In this document: positions 25,313 to 38,221 of the stretch, one piece after another
Position numbering within the stretch: the stretch's first letter is position 1
Layout: every line of letters begins with the position of its first letter
Assembly: GCF_036321535.1 (NCBI RefSeq)
Contig: NC_087445.1
Location: 4,526,001 to 4,590,000 of the forward strand
Direction of reading: 5' to 3'
Source of the DNA: Camelus dromedarius
Lineage: Eukaryota
Length of the DNA: 64,000 nt
Made by a program: the position numbers and the translations under genes
The notes under the pieces: model-generated
What the model was told of the DNA's origin: nothing
Database searches by the model: none
The model's input: only the letters and a program-made list of their open reading frames with translations

Positions 25313-25754
25313 ATTGTTGAATCTAAGCAGAGGGTACATGGCTTTTACTATATGAGCCTTTCAAATTTTCTGATTGTTTGAAGAGATTTATAATAAAAAG
25401 TTCGGGAAAATGCAAATACATAAAAACACAATGAAAATAAATATCATCCATAACACAAACACCTAGGCATTAGCATCTTGGTAAAGTAGCTTTTCTATTT
25501 ACTTCCTGGAATGTGTGTTTTTTCCGACTATAATGAGATTCCACTCCACAGAAAGTTTTACAGCCTGCCATTTTCATTCACTGTTTATTCGTAATCATTT
25601 TCACTTGTCATCATCACATTAATGGACACTTAATAGTTTATTGAACAAATGTTTTAAGATGTCTTAACTATTTCCCAATTATTGAACATTCAATTTGTTT
25701 CTAGTTCTTCACCCACACAAATAAGTGTTTCTTAGCTTTTTTTCCTATTTTCTG

Positions 25755-25915
25755 TTTTTTATTCTGAAAAAATTTAAAGCTGTGAAACAATTACAAGAGC
25801 AATACAATGAACACCATATACCTTCCACCCAAGTTCACCAAATGCTAACAGTTTAACACATTTGCTTTATCCCCCCTCTGTATATTTATTATTTTTATTG
25901 TTATTTTGAGAATCT
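25755..25915 (-). mobile_element. L1MC5-like 3' fragment
   Basis: tttttattctgaaaaaatttaaagc..caatacaatgaacaccatataccttccacccaagttcacc. Confidence 0.55.
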
Positions 25916-26040
25916 TGACATTACTCTAAATTTCTTACTAAAGTATTTGAAAAACACTGAAGAGCTGATTTCCTCAGGGTTTCCAATTTTCACATTAAAT
26001 GTCCTCTGAGACCTAACTGATCCTGAGTAGCAGGAAAATA

Positions 26041-26070
26041 CTCTCTCTCTCTCTCCCTCTCTCTCTCTCT
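26041..26070. repeat. (CT)n microsatellite
   Basis: Direct inspection. Confidence 0.9.
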
Positions 26071-27659
26071 AAACAATGTATATGTAATATATATGTATTA
26101 ACAATATAACAATATAATAATAATATACACAATATATATAAACAAACCCAGGAGCTATTTTTAAGGACAAACTCTAATTAAAATCTTCACCTTGCCAACT
26201 AAAAGTTACACCATGTATTAGAAGTTCGATTTAATCGATGTCTAATGCTCCACTTAAGAGATGTGGAGAGAGAAAGAGGGAAAGAGAGAAATTCAACCCC
26301 AAACACATTTTTCTAAAACGAGCATAAGATATGTTGGATCTCACGCCTCTGTGGTAAAGTAACTTTGTCTTTATACAGATTTTGCTCTGGCTCCACCCTC
26401 ATCCCAGCTTTGTGGAAAAAGTCACCAAAGCTGCTTTGGATGTTTTTCTTTGACTCTACTGCCACCTAGTGCATATGTAAAGTGACCATGTAGGTCTACG
26501 TGGCCTTTAAGGAAGTGGATTCCAGACCATGAGTCCATGGGTCAGTTTGGAAAAAAAAAAGTTTTTAAGTTTAAGGATTAACATAGGCTTGCCAACTCTT
26601 TATGTTTGAAATAAATTCAAGACATTGACAACCACAACCATCTACTCATCCGTCCTCTCACCCTCGCTACAACCAGTGAAGAACTGACACAGAGATTTAA
26701 ATGAGGACCCCAAAACAACTTTATTAGGGGGCTGATCAAGTGCCAAATGCCCCACAGAGCAGAGTAATAGGAAGCCTCATAAAGCTGAATAAGGGAGCAC
26801 CAGCTGGCAGGTCTGGATGAGCAGGATGCCAGTCAGATGCGGCACAGCCTGTCTGGGAAGTTCCTCCTCTACCCAGGTGAGGGTGGGCCTCTGCTCCCCA
26901 CACCTGCCCTGGGGGCTGCTTCTGGGGGCTGTGAAGTGGGCAGCCAGCTACTGTCCCAGAGGGCTCTGACACAGTCAAAACAGAATACTAAGATAACTTC
27001 AAGGCCATGCACACTGTAGGCCAAAATTTATTGCCTTCTCTATTTTCCACTTCAAATGATGTTCCACTCAGTGCTTAACATCACTCACCAGAGATCTTAC
27101 AAAAGTCTAAAACACTCCAGCTAACACAAAGCCAACAACACAAAGACGCCCAAATTTTAAAATGAACCTACGTCAATTATTACATTTCCAAAGAGGTTGA
27201 ATTCCAAACATGAAATCCTTTGACCTTAGTCAAAGGCTGAAGACATTAAACTTCAACAATTTCTCTCACTCAGATTTGCTGTATAGCAAGAATCCTTATC
27301 AAGTACATAATCCTGACAGCAGAACTATCTCTCTCATGAGTGTTACAGACAAAAGATCATGGATCCCAGTGGCACAAAAGGCACTATCAGGAGCAAGCCA
27401 GATGTTAGAAGTGCCATCTATGTGCAAGCTTCCAGTGGGATGGACCCTGAGAGAGGAGCCTTGGAAATGGTGCCCAGTGGCTGACAGGCACTCCTGTATC
27501 TCCTTGACTGCTATTACTGTGCTGCTCAGCTGAAGTAAAGAATATAACCTACATCTTCTTCCACTCCCAGCCCTCTACTCTGACTCTGCATTTTTTAGTC
27601 CATTTCCAGAACTACTGGTGCAACAGGTACCAGCTGCCACATTAAGGATCTGACTCAAG

Positions 27660-28056
27660 TTCTCATAGAGAACAATCAGNNNNNNNNNNNNNNNNNNNNN
27701 NNNNNNNNNNNNNNNNNNNNNNNNNNNNNNNNNNNNNNNNNNNNNNNNNNNNNNNNNNNNNNNNNNNNNNNNNNNNNNNNNNNNNNNNNNNNNNNNNNNN
27801 NNNNNNNNNNNNNNNNNNNNNNNNNNNNNNNNNNNNNNNNNNNNNNNNNNNNNNNNNNNNNNNNNNNNNNNNNNNNNNNNNNGGGGAGTAATTGTTTCAT
27901 GGGTACAGAGTTTCAACTTGAGAAGATGAAATCGTTCTGGAGACGGATGGTGTTCATGGTAACTCAGCAACATGAATGTGCTTAATACCACTGAACTGTA
28001 CACTTAAAAACAGTTAAGATTGTAAATTCTGTATGTACTTTACTACAATTTTTTAA
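27660..28056 (+). mobile_element. L1MB-like 3' end (partly N)
   Basis: gggtacagagtttcaacttgagaagatgaa..gttctggagacggatggtg..cttaataccactgaactgtacacttaaaa. Confidence 0.8.
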
Positions 28057-29514
28057 CTTAGCACAGATAAATACTCAACAAAAAAATAGGATACTTTCTC
28101 CTGTGCCAGGGCAATTCAGGAACTCATCTGATTTATCCAAATAAACAATCTGTTTATCTAAACCCAAGGTCTGCTTGGACTGGGACATGCTTATACAGAT
28201 GGAAAAAAATTACCAGGAGTGACACAGCCCTGGGGCACACCGCACGAAAAAAGATTTCTCAGTAGGTACCTAGTTTATTTTTACTTTATCAGGTTGTCCA
28301 CAAATTCAGGTTTCTCTGGTTCATCTCCTTTGTGTTAGTATTTATTTATTAAAGTGAAATGACTGTGTCTTCATTTTATACACACCAAGACTAAAGTTAA
28401 AAGTTACATTAAACTGCCTTCATTTCATGAAGATCTCCAGGTATCTGGGCTCAGGAGAATTCATCTGTTTCTCTGAGAATTATTAGTTCATTCTCTCCAC
28501 CATGTTCCCATGTGTAGAGGGAGAGAGAACTCTGTGTCCCCACCCCCACAAAAAAAGCCATTCTCTCTTTGCAAGCAACTTTTTTTCAGCTGACATGTCC
28601 TAGTTGTTCTGAAAAGAGCAGCAGCATGAGGAAATATAAGAACAGATGATTCAAAGACTCCCTGGGAATTGCCAGAGCCAGCTCAAAATTACAAATGCAG
28701 GGGTAGGCGAAACATCTGTATTCTGAGTCACTCCATCTTTCTAGAAGGGAGGATGTCGTTAGTCCTCCTGCTGCATAAACCTTTGTGGTCTATCAGCAGG
28801 CTCTGGAGGGGCTCACAGTGGGCTAGATCTTGAGACTGCAACTGCCCCCCATCCCACTTTCACACAAACTCAACGTACTTTGAAGTCATCTTAATTGACT
28901 ACCTGCATTGGCAGTTTTAAAGTTTTTGTCTCTAANNNNNNNNNNNNNNNNNNNNNNNNNNNNNNNNNNNNNNNNNNNNNNNNNNNNNNNNNNNNNNNNN
29001 NNNNNNNNNNNNNNNNNNNNNNNNNNNNNNNNNNNNNNNNNNNNNNNNNNNNNNNNNNNNNNNNNNNNNNNNNNNNNNNAAAAACCCTTAAAAAGTTACA
29101 CAGGTTTCTGATCTTGGCTCTCTAATGCCTGGATTGATACAAATTCAGGGATACAGCCTTTTGTGGGAAGAGACCCTAGGAAAAAGTGGAAAGGGAAGCA
29201 GATTTTTTTCTAGAAAACTATAAAAATAGTTATTCCAAAAGAGAGCTGGTTGCAGCTCTTTGATTAATGAATAACAAAGAGACGATGGCAAAGGAAAAGA
29301 CAGACACTGATGAGTGAAAACAAGAGCTAACAGCAACTAAGGCAGAGCCAAGTTCACCAATGTGTTTTTAGGAGTTACTGTCTCTTCTGATGTGACTCCT
29401 ATGGGGAAATTTCACTGTTCCTGCAGAGAGTGTAAACATATCTGTTGACTTAGCAAAACACTGGTTTTCATTCCTCACCCCTTGCTCCCCGAGCAGTGGT
29501 AAATACCTTGACTT

Positions 29515-29740
29515 TCAGGCTCACGGGCGTTGGTGTGAGTCAGGTTCTGATCCTGGCTCTGCTATTCAGAGCTGTGTGTCTTAAGACACGCTTCTTATCC
29601 TAAGTCCCAGTTCCCACACCTATATGATGGGGATAATGACCCAGTCTGTCTTGAAAGGCAATTGTAAGGCTATGAGGAGATAATGCAGATAAACACCACA
29701 GTTCTGCGCCTGGCACACAAAAAGGGCTTGACAACTGTTG
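29515..29740 (+). mobile_element. MIR SINE
   Basis: ggttctgatcctggctctgcta..gctgtgtgtctt..gatggggataatga..gcctggcacacaa. Confidence 0.7.
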
Positions 29741-30929
29741 GGGTGGAGTGGGATGGCAGTTTGTTATTGTTTATTTATCTAGATAAAGGCTCACACTTAT
29801 GAACACCTGGTACAGAATAAAACTAAAGCTCTCCAGGGTAGGCACTAAAACCTCCGACTCTAAAATGACAACCACATCACAAGAGATGCTTGTACAAGGT
29901 AGCTCTAGATAAAGAAATGCAACAAAACCTGAAAGAACTGAGGATGGCAGAGACACCCACTTCGAAATCTCTGACACACTAGAGTGTTTGCAAAGGAAGA
30001 TGGAGCATCACAATGAGGACTCCCTGACCTGGCCGCTGGTACTACCCGCTAATTCCAGAAACTGAAATGGCCTGTCCTGAATCTGATTTTGCCCAAGTGT
30101 CCTCAGAGGAACTCTTGAGAATATAATCTTTTCTATGATTTTGTCTGGAGGTAGAAATGGGGCAGAAGGGGGTGGCTGGAAGTAACTGTAGCAAGGCCCT
30201 GGGATAGGACAGCAGTAGGAAAAACATGTCTTATGAAGAGTGAGAAAGTTACTCATTATCCTCACTTCTTCTCACTCTCCTTTCCAATCTCTCCCCTGAT
30301 GGCATTGGCCAGAGTACTGGACAGCCTTCAAACTTGACTAGAAATTGTATCATTCCAATATAACACAATGAAATTGTATTATTTTGTACTACTTTCCTTT
30401 AGTAGCTAGTACTAGAATTCATCTTGCACAAGGTCCATGTTTGTTGGGAAAAGGCCTGGTTCAGTCCGCTTGGAGAAGAATACCTGTCAGGTCACGGATG
30501 CTGCCTGGGACCATGGCTTCTGCAAAATTACCCTGCGTGGGGTGAGAAGCCTGTTGACATTCCTGAAGTGGAAGAGGAAGAAGAGTCAGGAGGGAAAAGT
30601 CAGTGAATGATGGGAGGCCATGTAGTGATGGAGAAGACAGCTCCTCAGATTCTCACCAAAACCACTAAATCCACAAAAGCTTAGGAGTGGGTTATGATAT
30701 GTGCGGGATTTGTGTCTGAGTTGACAGGTTACAAAAACAGAGGATACACATGCAGAAGCAGGCACTAGAGAGGCAATGTGATTAAACATACATATGTCTA
30801 CCGAAGGCTCAAAATGTCATAAGCAGGTAGGGAAAGGTGAAAAAGACCTAGAGAAGATGAGAAGGTATGAAAGTGGCATGCCAAGCCGAGGGAACTGCCC
30901 GTGCTCATGCATGCATGCAACCATGCACA

Positions 30930-31440
30930 CCATCACTCATCCAGCAGTGCTGGCTGAACTCCTCCTACGTGCCAGGCACCGCACTAGGCTGCGGAACACC
31001 ATGGTGACAAAACCAGAGTTCTTGCTCCCCTGGTGTCTGCACACTAGTGGGAGAGATACACATTAATCAAGTAATTGCACAAACATTCATAAAATTGCTA
31101 TGGAGGAGTACATGGCACTATGAGAGAAAATAACAACAGAGAGGTGGATCAGAGAAGCCTCCCTGAATAAGTGACCTGAGTACTCTTATTGATCTGAGCA
31201 CTAAGTGATGGGGTGTTAACTGGGGGAAGAAAGGGGAGCCCAGGAAGAAGGTGGTCCTGGGGTGGCAGGTTTGAAGATGAAAGGTGGCGAAGAATGGCTA
31301 CGGCAAACAGACTCCAAGGAGAATGCACAGCGTGAGGTTGGAAGGCTGGGAAGGACCAGGCTCTTGGGGACTGTGGGCCATATGATAATGTCAGTCTTTA
31401 TCTCAAAAGCAGTGGGAAGCCATCGAAGGGAAATTGACAG
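30930..31440 (-). mobile_element. L2 fragment
   Basis: cctacgtgccaggcaccgcactaggctgcgg..cactagtgggagagatacacattaatcaagtaatt..tcagagaagcctccctga. Confidence 0.7.
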
Positions 31441-31734
31441 GAATCCCCAACAAAGTCTGAAAATGGCAAATGAGACCCCTGTTTACTCTTTATCCGCATT
31501 TTCTGCAGCATCTCTATTGACTACCAACCAATGGCTTAGCCTGCATAACAGTACGCCCAAAATCAGAAAAGTATTTAATTAACTTTGTTAACCGAGTAAC
31601 TTCTTTAAATAATTCGTATTTTCAAATGACTTTTTCATCAATATATAAGAAAAACTCCCAATTCTGAACCACTATCAAAACACAAATGCCCAGTATGTAA
31701 ATTCATAATTCAGTATTAATCTTTAGTTACTTAC

Positions 31735-31900
31735 AGAATATTGAATTAGGAGTCAAATAGCCTGAGTTTTCATTCTGATTCTGGCACTTATTAGTCACAT
31801 GGCTTTGGGTAAGTTCCCAAACCTCACTCAGTCTGTTTCCTCATCTTTAAATGGGCAATAACCCTTGCCCTACGTACCCCACAGGATTAAAGTGAGAGCC
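31735..31900 (+). mobile_element. MIR SINE
   Basis: ttaggagtcaaatagcctgagtttt..ctggcacttattagtcacatggctttgggtaagtt..tcagtctgtttcctcatctttaaatggg. Confidence 0.75.
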
Positions 31901-32169
31901 TTCTGTAACACCAAATAGAGATTATTATTAACCTTTCTCTGAATTGCAAAAGCAAACACTCGATTTATTTAATTCAGATAGCGGAGTGGTTTTTTTTTTA
32001 ACCTCACACAGCAAACTGTTCTGCAATATCGTTACAAAATAAAGTTTTATCATGAAGATCACTGCCCTCTGATACATTATAAAACTACTTCTTGTGTACT
32101 CTGTTTCGTTTGATTGTAGCACAGATGATTCCGTTCAAGTAGTATCACCCAAATTTTATGCCTACTTTT

Positions 32170-34705
32170 AAAAAGGACATATAAAAAGATGCTCAACTCA
32201 TCAAAAAGAAGTGCATGTTAAAACTATATGAGATGCTATTTCTCACCCATTATATTGGAAAAAAGGTTAACTTTTGACAAAACATCTGTTGGACAGACTG
32301 TGGGGAAATAGGCACACATTTGCTCCCAGCAAGTACAAAATAGTACAAAATCCCCAGGGAAGCTAATTGGGCAGTACCTAGCAAAACAATGTGTGCACCT
32401 AACCTTTGGCCCAGGAATCACACTTCCAGGAATTTACCCTGAAAGTACACTTCCAACAATACTAGAAAACACACACTCAAGGTTATTCATTGCAGCATTT
32501 TTTGTAATTGCAAAATATTGGAAACACCCTGAAGGCCCATACATAGGAGTTTGATTGAATCAACTATGGTGCCTTTACCCAGTGGAGTACCATATGGCTG
32601 GAAATTTTTTTTTAAAATAAGGTTTCTATGAAATGACATAAACTGATTTCCAGAATATATTAGGTAAAAATAAAAATCAAGGTGCTAAAGATTATATGTA
32701 GTATGCTACATTTTATATGATAAAGGTAAAATACATATTTATCCATTTATTTTTATAAAAAAAGAAATACAGAAAAGATAAACAAGAAACAAGTCTGATT
32801 ACCTGTGGGGGTTAGGGAGATGAAATGGAAGAGATGGAAAGCAGACAGGACCTGTCTGAATATAAATTTTTATATAGTTTTGTTAGCATTTTACATATTC
32901 AAAAACTTAAATTAAATCAATAAGAATGGGTGGGTATGAGGACCTGAAAGTGAAAGAAATGAATAAACTTGATTATAACCAAGTTCATAACACAGTTCCA
33001 AAAACAAAAGAATTAATCCAAAAAGCTTTTGAACATAATAACAAATCATTCTGACTATAAACTTTCAGTGGGACATATTTTAACAACAACAAAAAATCCT
33101 GAACTTTACTTGGTAAGCATGTTCTGGGTAACGATGTTGGTAAGGCAATTCTGAAACTATTTTATGTCTGTTGTAGAAATGAGCAAATGGGTAAATATAT
33201 GGATGTTTTGAGGAAGCAGAGAATTCACTGTGGGAGAACAGAGACAAATATGGAATGGAGGAATAATCCTGAACTATTGGATTGGCTATCAGTTAGATGC
33301 ATCATTATGAACTCATGACTTTTAAAAAGTGTTTCCAGTACTGCCCATTGAGAGGGCCCAGAAGCAATTTCACCCCAGAGAAATGAGCACACACGGCACC
33401 CAAGTCTTGCTTTCTAGACACCATTCCCCAAAGCTTTAGGGAAAATGCCTACTTTCAAGGTAAGCCTGGAACATCTTGTGACAGAAATTAAGGAAGTGCT
33501 CAAAACTGAGGAAGATATGTCAAAGAGATATAAGAATCCATTTAAGGGGCTGCCACTTGCCAAATCTGGGACAATTTGAGCATGAAAACAGATGACAGGA
33601 ATAGATTATAAAACACTGAAAACAGAATCCATGAGTCCACACTGATTTTTTTTTAATGGATTAGGAGGAGAAGGGAAAGCCCTCCTATAAAGAAGAATGC
33701 CAACTAACACAAAAGATGAAAGAAATAGAAATTCACTATTTCACAACTACCATGGTAATATTTGATTTCAGGAGAGAATCATCAGTGGATGCAAAAACCA
33801 CTGGGGGGAAGATGGGGTGAAAGGATCTCACACAGTGCAAAGTATCCCATCACAAGTCACTTATTAACTACAAGGAGAAAAAAGGAATCTTTATAATGGA
33901 GAAATAACCAAATGATCCAACTTATCATCATTAAAAGGACACATTCACATTACATGTCCTCTGCTGTGACACACTCAGATGTGTGATACCTCACCTATGT
34001 AATAGTATTGCTGCCAAAACTGTTTAATCTAAGTTTAACCATGGGTAAAAGAATGGGCTTAGACTCTTCAAAAATATCAGGAAGGAGGGTATAGCTCAGT
34101 GGTAGAGTGCGTACTTAGCACGCACAAGGTCCTGGGTTCAGTCCCCAGGACCACCATTAAAATAAAGACGTGCATACTTAATTACTTCCCCCCCCAAAAA
34201 TAGAAAAGTTAATATCATGAATGAAAAACAACAACAAAAAGATTGTCAACCTGTGCTACATTAAAGAACCTTAAGAGACATAAAAACAAGCAATGCAATG
34301 CATGATCCTTGCTCAAATCCTGAATGAAAATATAAAAATAAAACAACGTTAAGGACATTATTGGGACAATTGCAGGAATCTAAATATGAACTGCACATTA
34401 GAAGCAGCACTGTGTCAACATTAAATGTCCTGAATGTGATCACTGCAGCGCGATTAATACAGGAAAAATCCTCATTTTTGAAAGATATACGCTGAGAGTT
34501 TGGAGGGCTAGGGGTCTTAGATGTCTGCAACTAGCTCTCAAATAGTTCAGCTAAATATGTATATGCACAAAGGGAGGAAAAGAGGGAGGGAGAGAAAAGA
34601 AGAAAATGTGACAAAATGTTAAAACTGGTAAATTACATAAATGGTATATGGATATTCATTGCACATTTCTTGCAAATTTTCTGCAGGTCTGATATTTTTC
34701 AAAAC
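32170..34705 (+). mobile_element. L1MC4-like ORF2 end and 3'UTR
   Basis: aaagatgctcaactcatc..ccaggaatcacacttccaggaattta..aaggacattattgggacaatt..gatgtctgcaactagctctcaaatagttcag..tcttgcaaattttctg. Confidence 0.75.
34081..34205 (+). mobile_element. Camelid tRNA-Ala-derived SINE (vic-1 type)
   Basis: gagggtatagctcagtggtagagtgcgtacttagcacgcacaaggtcctgggttcagtcccc; possible TSD AATATCA (34073-79 / 34211-17). Confidence 0.9.
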
Positions 34706-35550
34706 ACAACATGGTACAGGGAGAAAGGAAGCTTTTTATACGGTCACTGCAAGAAGAAAACATAGACAATCTGAGAACCAGTAAATATTCTTCAGTTGGG
34801 TGGATACTTGCCAAAAGTGCAAGATTTAGCCAAGAGCCTCTGGAAGATACTGGAGACAACCAAGTTAGCAATAACAAAATTAATTAATTAACACAGACCC
34901 ACCCAGGTAAATCTGTATTTCAGATAAACAACAAGCAATTTTTTAGTATAAATATGTCCCAAATATTTTATCTGGCAGCCCCACCCTGAGAGGCACTTTG
35001 GTTTGTTTCCTGCCCAGGGGATAAAGTACATCAGTTCAAGAACACTAGGACAGTTCAAGATTAGGACCATTAATATATTTTACTTATTATTTTCATTTAA
35101 TTAAACTCTACCCCATTTTCTGTAACGAAGACTACACTTCAAGCTATATTTTCTCCTTATGTATCGTTAGTATAGCCCTAATTTAGGCTTAATTTTCTCT
35201 CACCGAATTGCAAAGCTGCCCCACTTCCACCACCTTGATGTCTAAATACTACTTCACTTTTCCCATCCCCTTCACTGCCTTTCTCTCTTTCCAACTTCCA
35301 CCTCTTTGGCCCAGGAGAGGATAGTTTCAAAGCAATAGATGGTACTTAGCAGGGATTACTTCTGGAAATTTGAGGCACTATGTTAACCACACCCAATGTC
35401 AGTAGTTAAATGCCTTGACCTAGGCTGGTTGCGGATCCTCCCCACTCAAGGGAACCCCTGGACATCTTGACATAGCATTTTTGTTACATTTGACTTCCAT
35501 CAGGCCAAAATAGGTGAGAGAGAAGATTTACATATCACAATCTCTTATTT

Positions 35551-35693
35551 TTCTTTTTTTTTTAATTTATTTATTTTTTAGGGGGGAGGTAATTAGGTTT
35601 ACTTATTTATTTTTAGAGGAAGTACTGGGGATTGAACCCAGGACCCTGTGTATGCTAAGCATGTGCTCTACCACTTGACCTGTTCCCCCTTCC
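35551..35693 (-). mobile_element. Camelid tRNA-Ala-derived SINE (vic-1 type)
   Basis: Antisense copy (gtactggggattgaacccaggacc..gctaagcatgtgctctaccac); TSD CTCTTATTT (35542-50 / 35694-702). Confidence 0.9.
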
Positions 35694-37134
35694 CTCTTAT
35701 TTCTCTTAATGTCTAGTTGTTTGACACACTCAAGTGTTTAATTCTGGGCATGTTCTCTTCTCTCCCTTGGGTCCAGTGCTTCCCAAAGTTCAATCATGTA
35801 TGTCACCTTAATGATTTTTGACATCTTTTGATAATTATTACTAGTTTTCTTTAAATAATCTTTTAAATTTATTTTAAACATATTTTAGAAGATTTTTTTG
35901 TTTTAATCATTCTTTTAATAATTTACATAAGCTGTATCTTAAAAGGCCCAAAACATAGATACAGAGAACACAGCTCATATTCAGATTACTGCTCAGTCAT
36001 TCACATGCAACTTTTACTGCATATAGTGTTATTTCAGAAAGACATGGCTTGGTTTATCTAGTTAAATATAAGTAATCCATAATAATATTGTTCTACAGAA
36101 TATTCATTTTTAAACTACTAATGAATTTAAATCTCTATGGATTTAAAAATAAGATTTATTTTATATCACAACCATGGAGAGAAATTTAATATCATAGAAG
36201 ATAAATCTAAAAACCTCAAAATACACATAATTTAATTTTTACTTAGATTTAATCAGTAAAAACAAATGATCATAAATATATAAACTCATTAAAATACACA
36301 CCCCAAAATAAGTTACTCATGAGAACTGAACTGCTCATGACCAGTCAAGAAGAGTGACCAGATGTTTGGCATCATATTCCTTGTCTCTTGCTTACAGTTA
36401 GGGAAACTGAAGACCAGGGAAGGTAACTTGCCCAAGATCAAAGCAAAATAGAGGCAGGGCTGGATTTACAGCTGAGACCACTGAATCAGAGAGCAGCCTC
36501 AAAAAAGGAGAATTCAGAAAGGAACAGTGGCTCTTTGGGATGTGAGAGCTCAGGCAGGGGATAAGAGCTCGGTGCATGGTGGAGTAAAAAGAACATAACC
36601 TTTGAAGTCTGAAAGACTGTGGTCAAGTTGTGAATAAGCCAGTAGAGTCATGCTACCATGCACCTATGATTTTACTCTCTGAACCTCTGCTTTCTAACAT
36701 AACTCACAAATTGTAGACCTGCAAGACGACAATCAGACACATGTACTGAGTGCTCAGCTCCATGGTCATACACTCGATAGAAGTTTCCTCCCTTCCTCTC
36801 CCATCTTTGTATCACCAACACTGCCACAGGCCTACCCACCACCAGCTACACCTCTTTTTGAAAAGGTACAGACTTTTTCTTCTGAATAATCCAGCCCTGA
36901 TTTCTCTCCATCATGGCCCTGTGACCAGTGCTGGGAGAAAGAACTCCATCTGTGCTGAGCTAATTGGCAAGGAGAAAGGCAGCAGCTTCCTGGTGTCTTC
37001 TAGAGGTTGGGTCTGTAAAGACAAAGATGTCTTAGAGATGAGTTCTGAAAGCTCCAGCTTCGAGTAGCAATGGGAGGGCTGCAGGCTCTAAAGGGTAGCA
37101 TATGCACCCAGGAATATTCTCAGATTCTTGATCC

Positions 37135-37887
37135 AGTGAATGTAAATTGGTGCAGCTACTATGGAGAACAGTATGGAGGCTCCTTAAAAAACTAAAAATA
37201 AAGTTAGCATATGATCCAGCAATCCCACTCCTGGACATATATCCAGAGAAATCTCTAATTCAAAAAGATATCTGCACCCCAGTGTTCACAGCAGCACTAT
37301 TTACAATAGCCAAGACATAGAAGCAACCTACCTGTCCATCTATAGATGAATGGATAAAGAAGATGTGGTATATATACAGTGGAATATTACTCAGCCATAA
37401 AAAGAATGAAATATGTAAATCAACTATAATTCAATTTTTAAAAAAGAATGAAATAATGACATTTGCAGCAACATGGATGAACCTAGAGATTATCATATTA
37501 AGTGAAGTCAGATGGAGAAAGACAAATATCATAAGATGTCACTTATATGTGGAATCTTAAAAAAAATGATATAAATGAACTTATTTACAAACCAGAAGTA
37601 GATTCACAGACATAGAAAACAAACTTACGATTACCAAAGGAGGAAGACAGAGAGGGATAAAGTAGTAGTTTGGAATTAACATATACACATTACTATATAT
37701 AAAATAAACAACAAGGACCTACTGCATAGCACAGGGAACTATATTCAATATCTTGTAATAACCTATAAATAATGGAAAAGAATCTGAAAAGAATAAATAT
37801 ATATATGTATAACTGAATCACTTTGTTGTACACCTGAAACTAACACATTGTAAATCAACTATACTTCACTTAAAAAAAAAAAAAAAG
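37135..37887 (+). mobile_element. Younger cetartiodactyl/camelid-type L1 3' end with poly(A)
   Basis: gaatgtaaattggtgcagctactatggagaacagtatggagg..gatccagcaatcccactcctgg..tataactgaatcactttgttgtacacctgaaactaacacattgtaaatcaactatacttca plus A16 (37872-37887). Confidence 0.9.
37414..37440 (+). mobile_element. Ultra-short 5'-truncated L1 insertion nested in an L1
   Basis: 27 bp (tgtaaatcaactataattcaattttta) matching the L1 terminal bases, flanked by perfect 15-bp direct repeats AAAAAGAATGAAATA (37399-37413 / 37441-37455). Confidence 0.85.
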
Positions 37888-38018
37888 TCCAGTCTAAGCC
37901 CGACTCAGAGGAAGGTCTTCGAAAGACTGCGCTATGCCATCCTCCCTCATGCAACCAAGTGCCCCAAAGCAAGCTGACCTCAAGCCCTAGCTCCAAGCGT
38001 GAGCCCGATGGGCTAAGG

Positions 38019-38221
38019 CATGGTTCTCAGCTGGCATGATGTTGCCCTCCAGGGACATTTGACAATGCCTGGGGATGTTTTTGACTGTCACAACTATGGG
38101 GAGGGCATCCTCAGGTAGAGGTCAGGGACACTGCTAGACATTCTGCCAAGCCCAGGACAACCCCCACAGCAAAGAATTATCCAACTCAAAATGCCAATAG
38201 GCCTGAGGTAGAGAAACCCTG
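38019..38221 (+). mobile_element. MER20 (hAT-Charlie)
   Basis: catggttctcagc..ccagggacatttgacaatgcctggggatgtttttgactgtcacaact..gaattatccaactcaaaatgccaat..gagaaaccctg; 8-bp TSD GGCTAAGG/GTCTAACG (6/8). Confidence 0.85.

Larger units (their letters stand above)
24730..25410 (+). mobile_element. L1MC 3' end, split by a MER58 and a SINE
   Basis: ttaggagatgcattaatgaagtatttgagg..tctgcaacttgcttttcaaatgattc, resuming after the insertions at tgttgaatctaagcagagggtacatgg..ataataaaaagtt. Confidence 0.65.
14072..29079. other. Six N blocks: 14072-14205, 14254-14381, 15085-15424, 18471-18613, 27680-27882, 28936-29079
   Basis: Direct inspection; a single called base (g) sits at 15214 inside the third block. 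Confidence 0.95.

Noticed and set aside
13933-29125. ORFs containing long X runs
   Set aside because: Artefacts of N blocks, which contain no stop codons.
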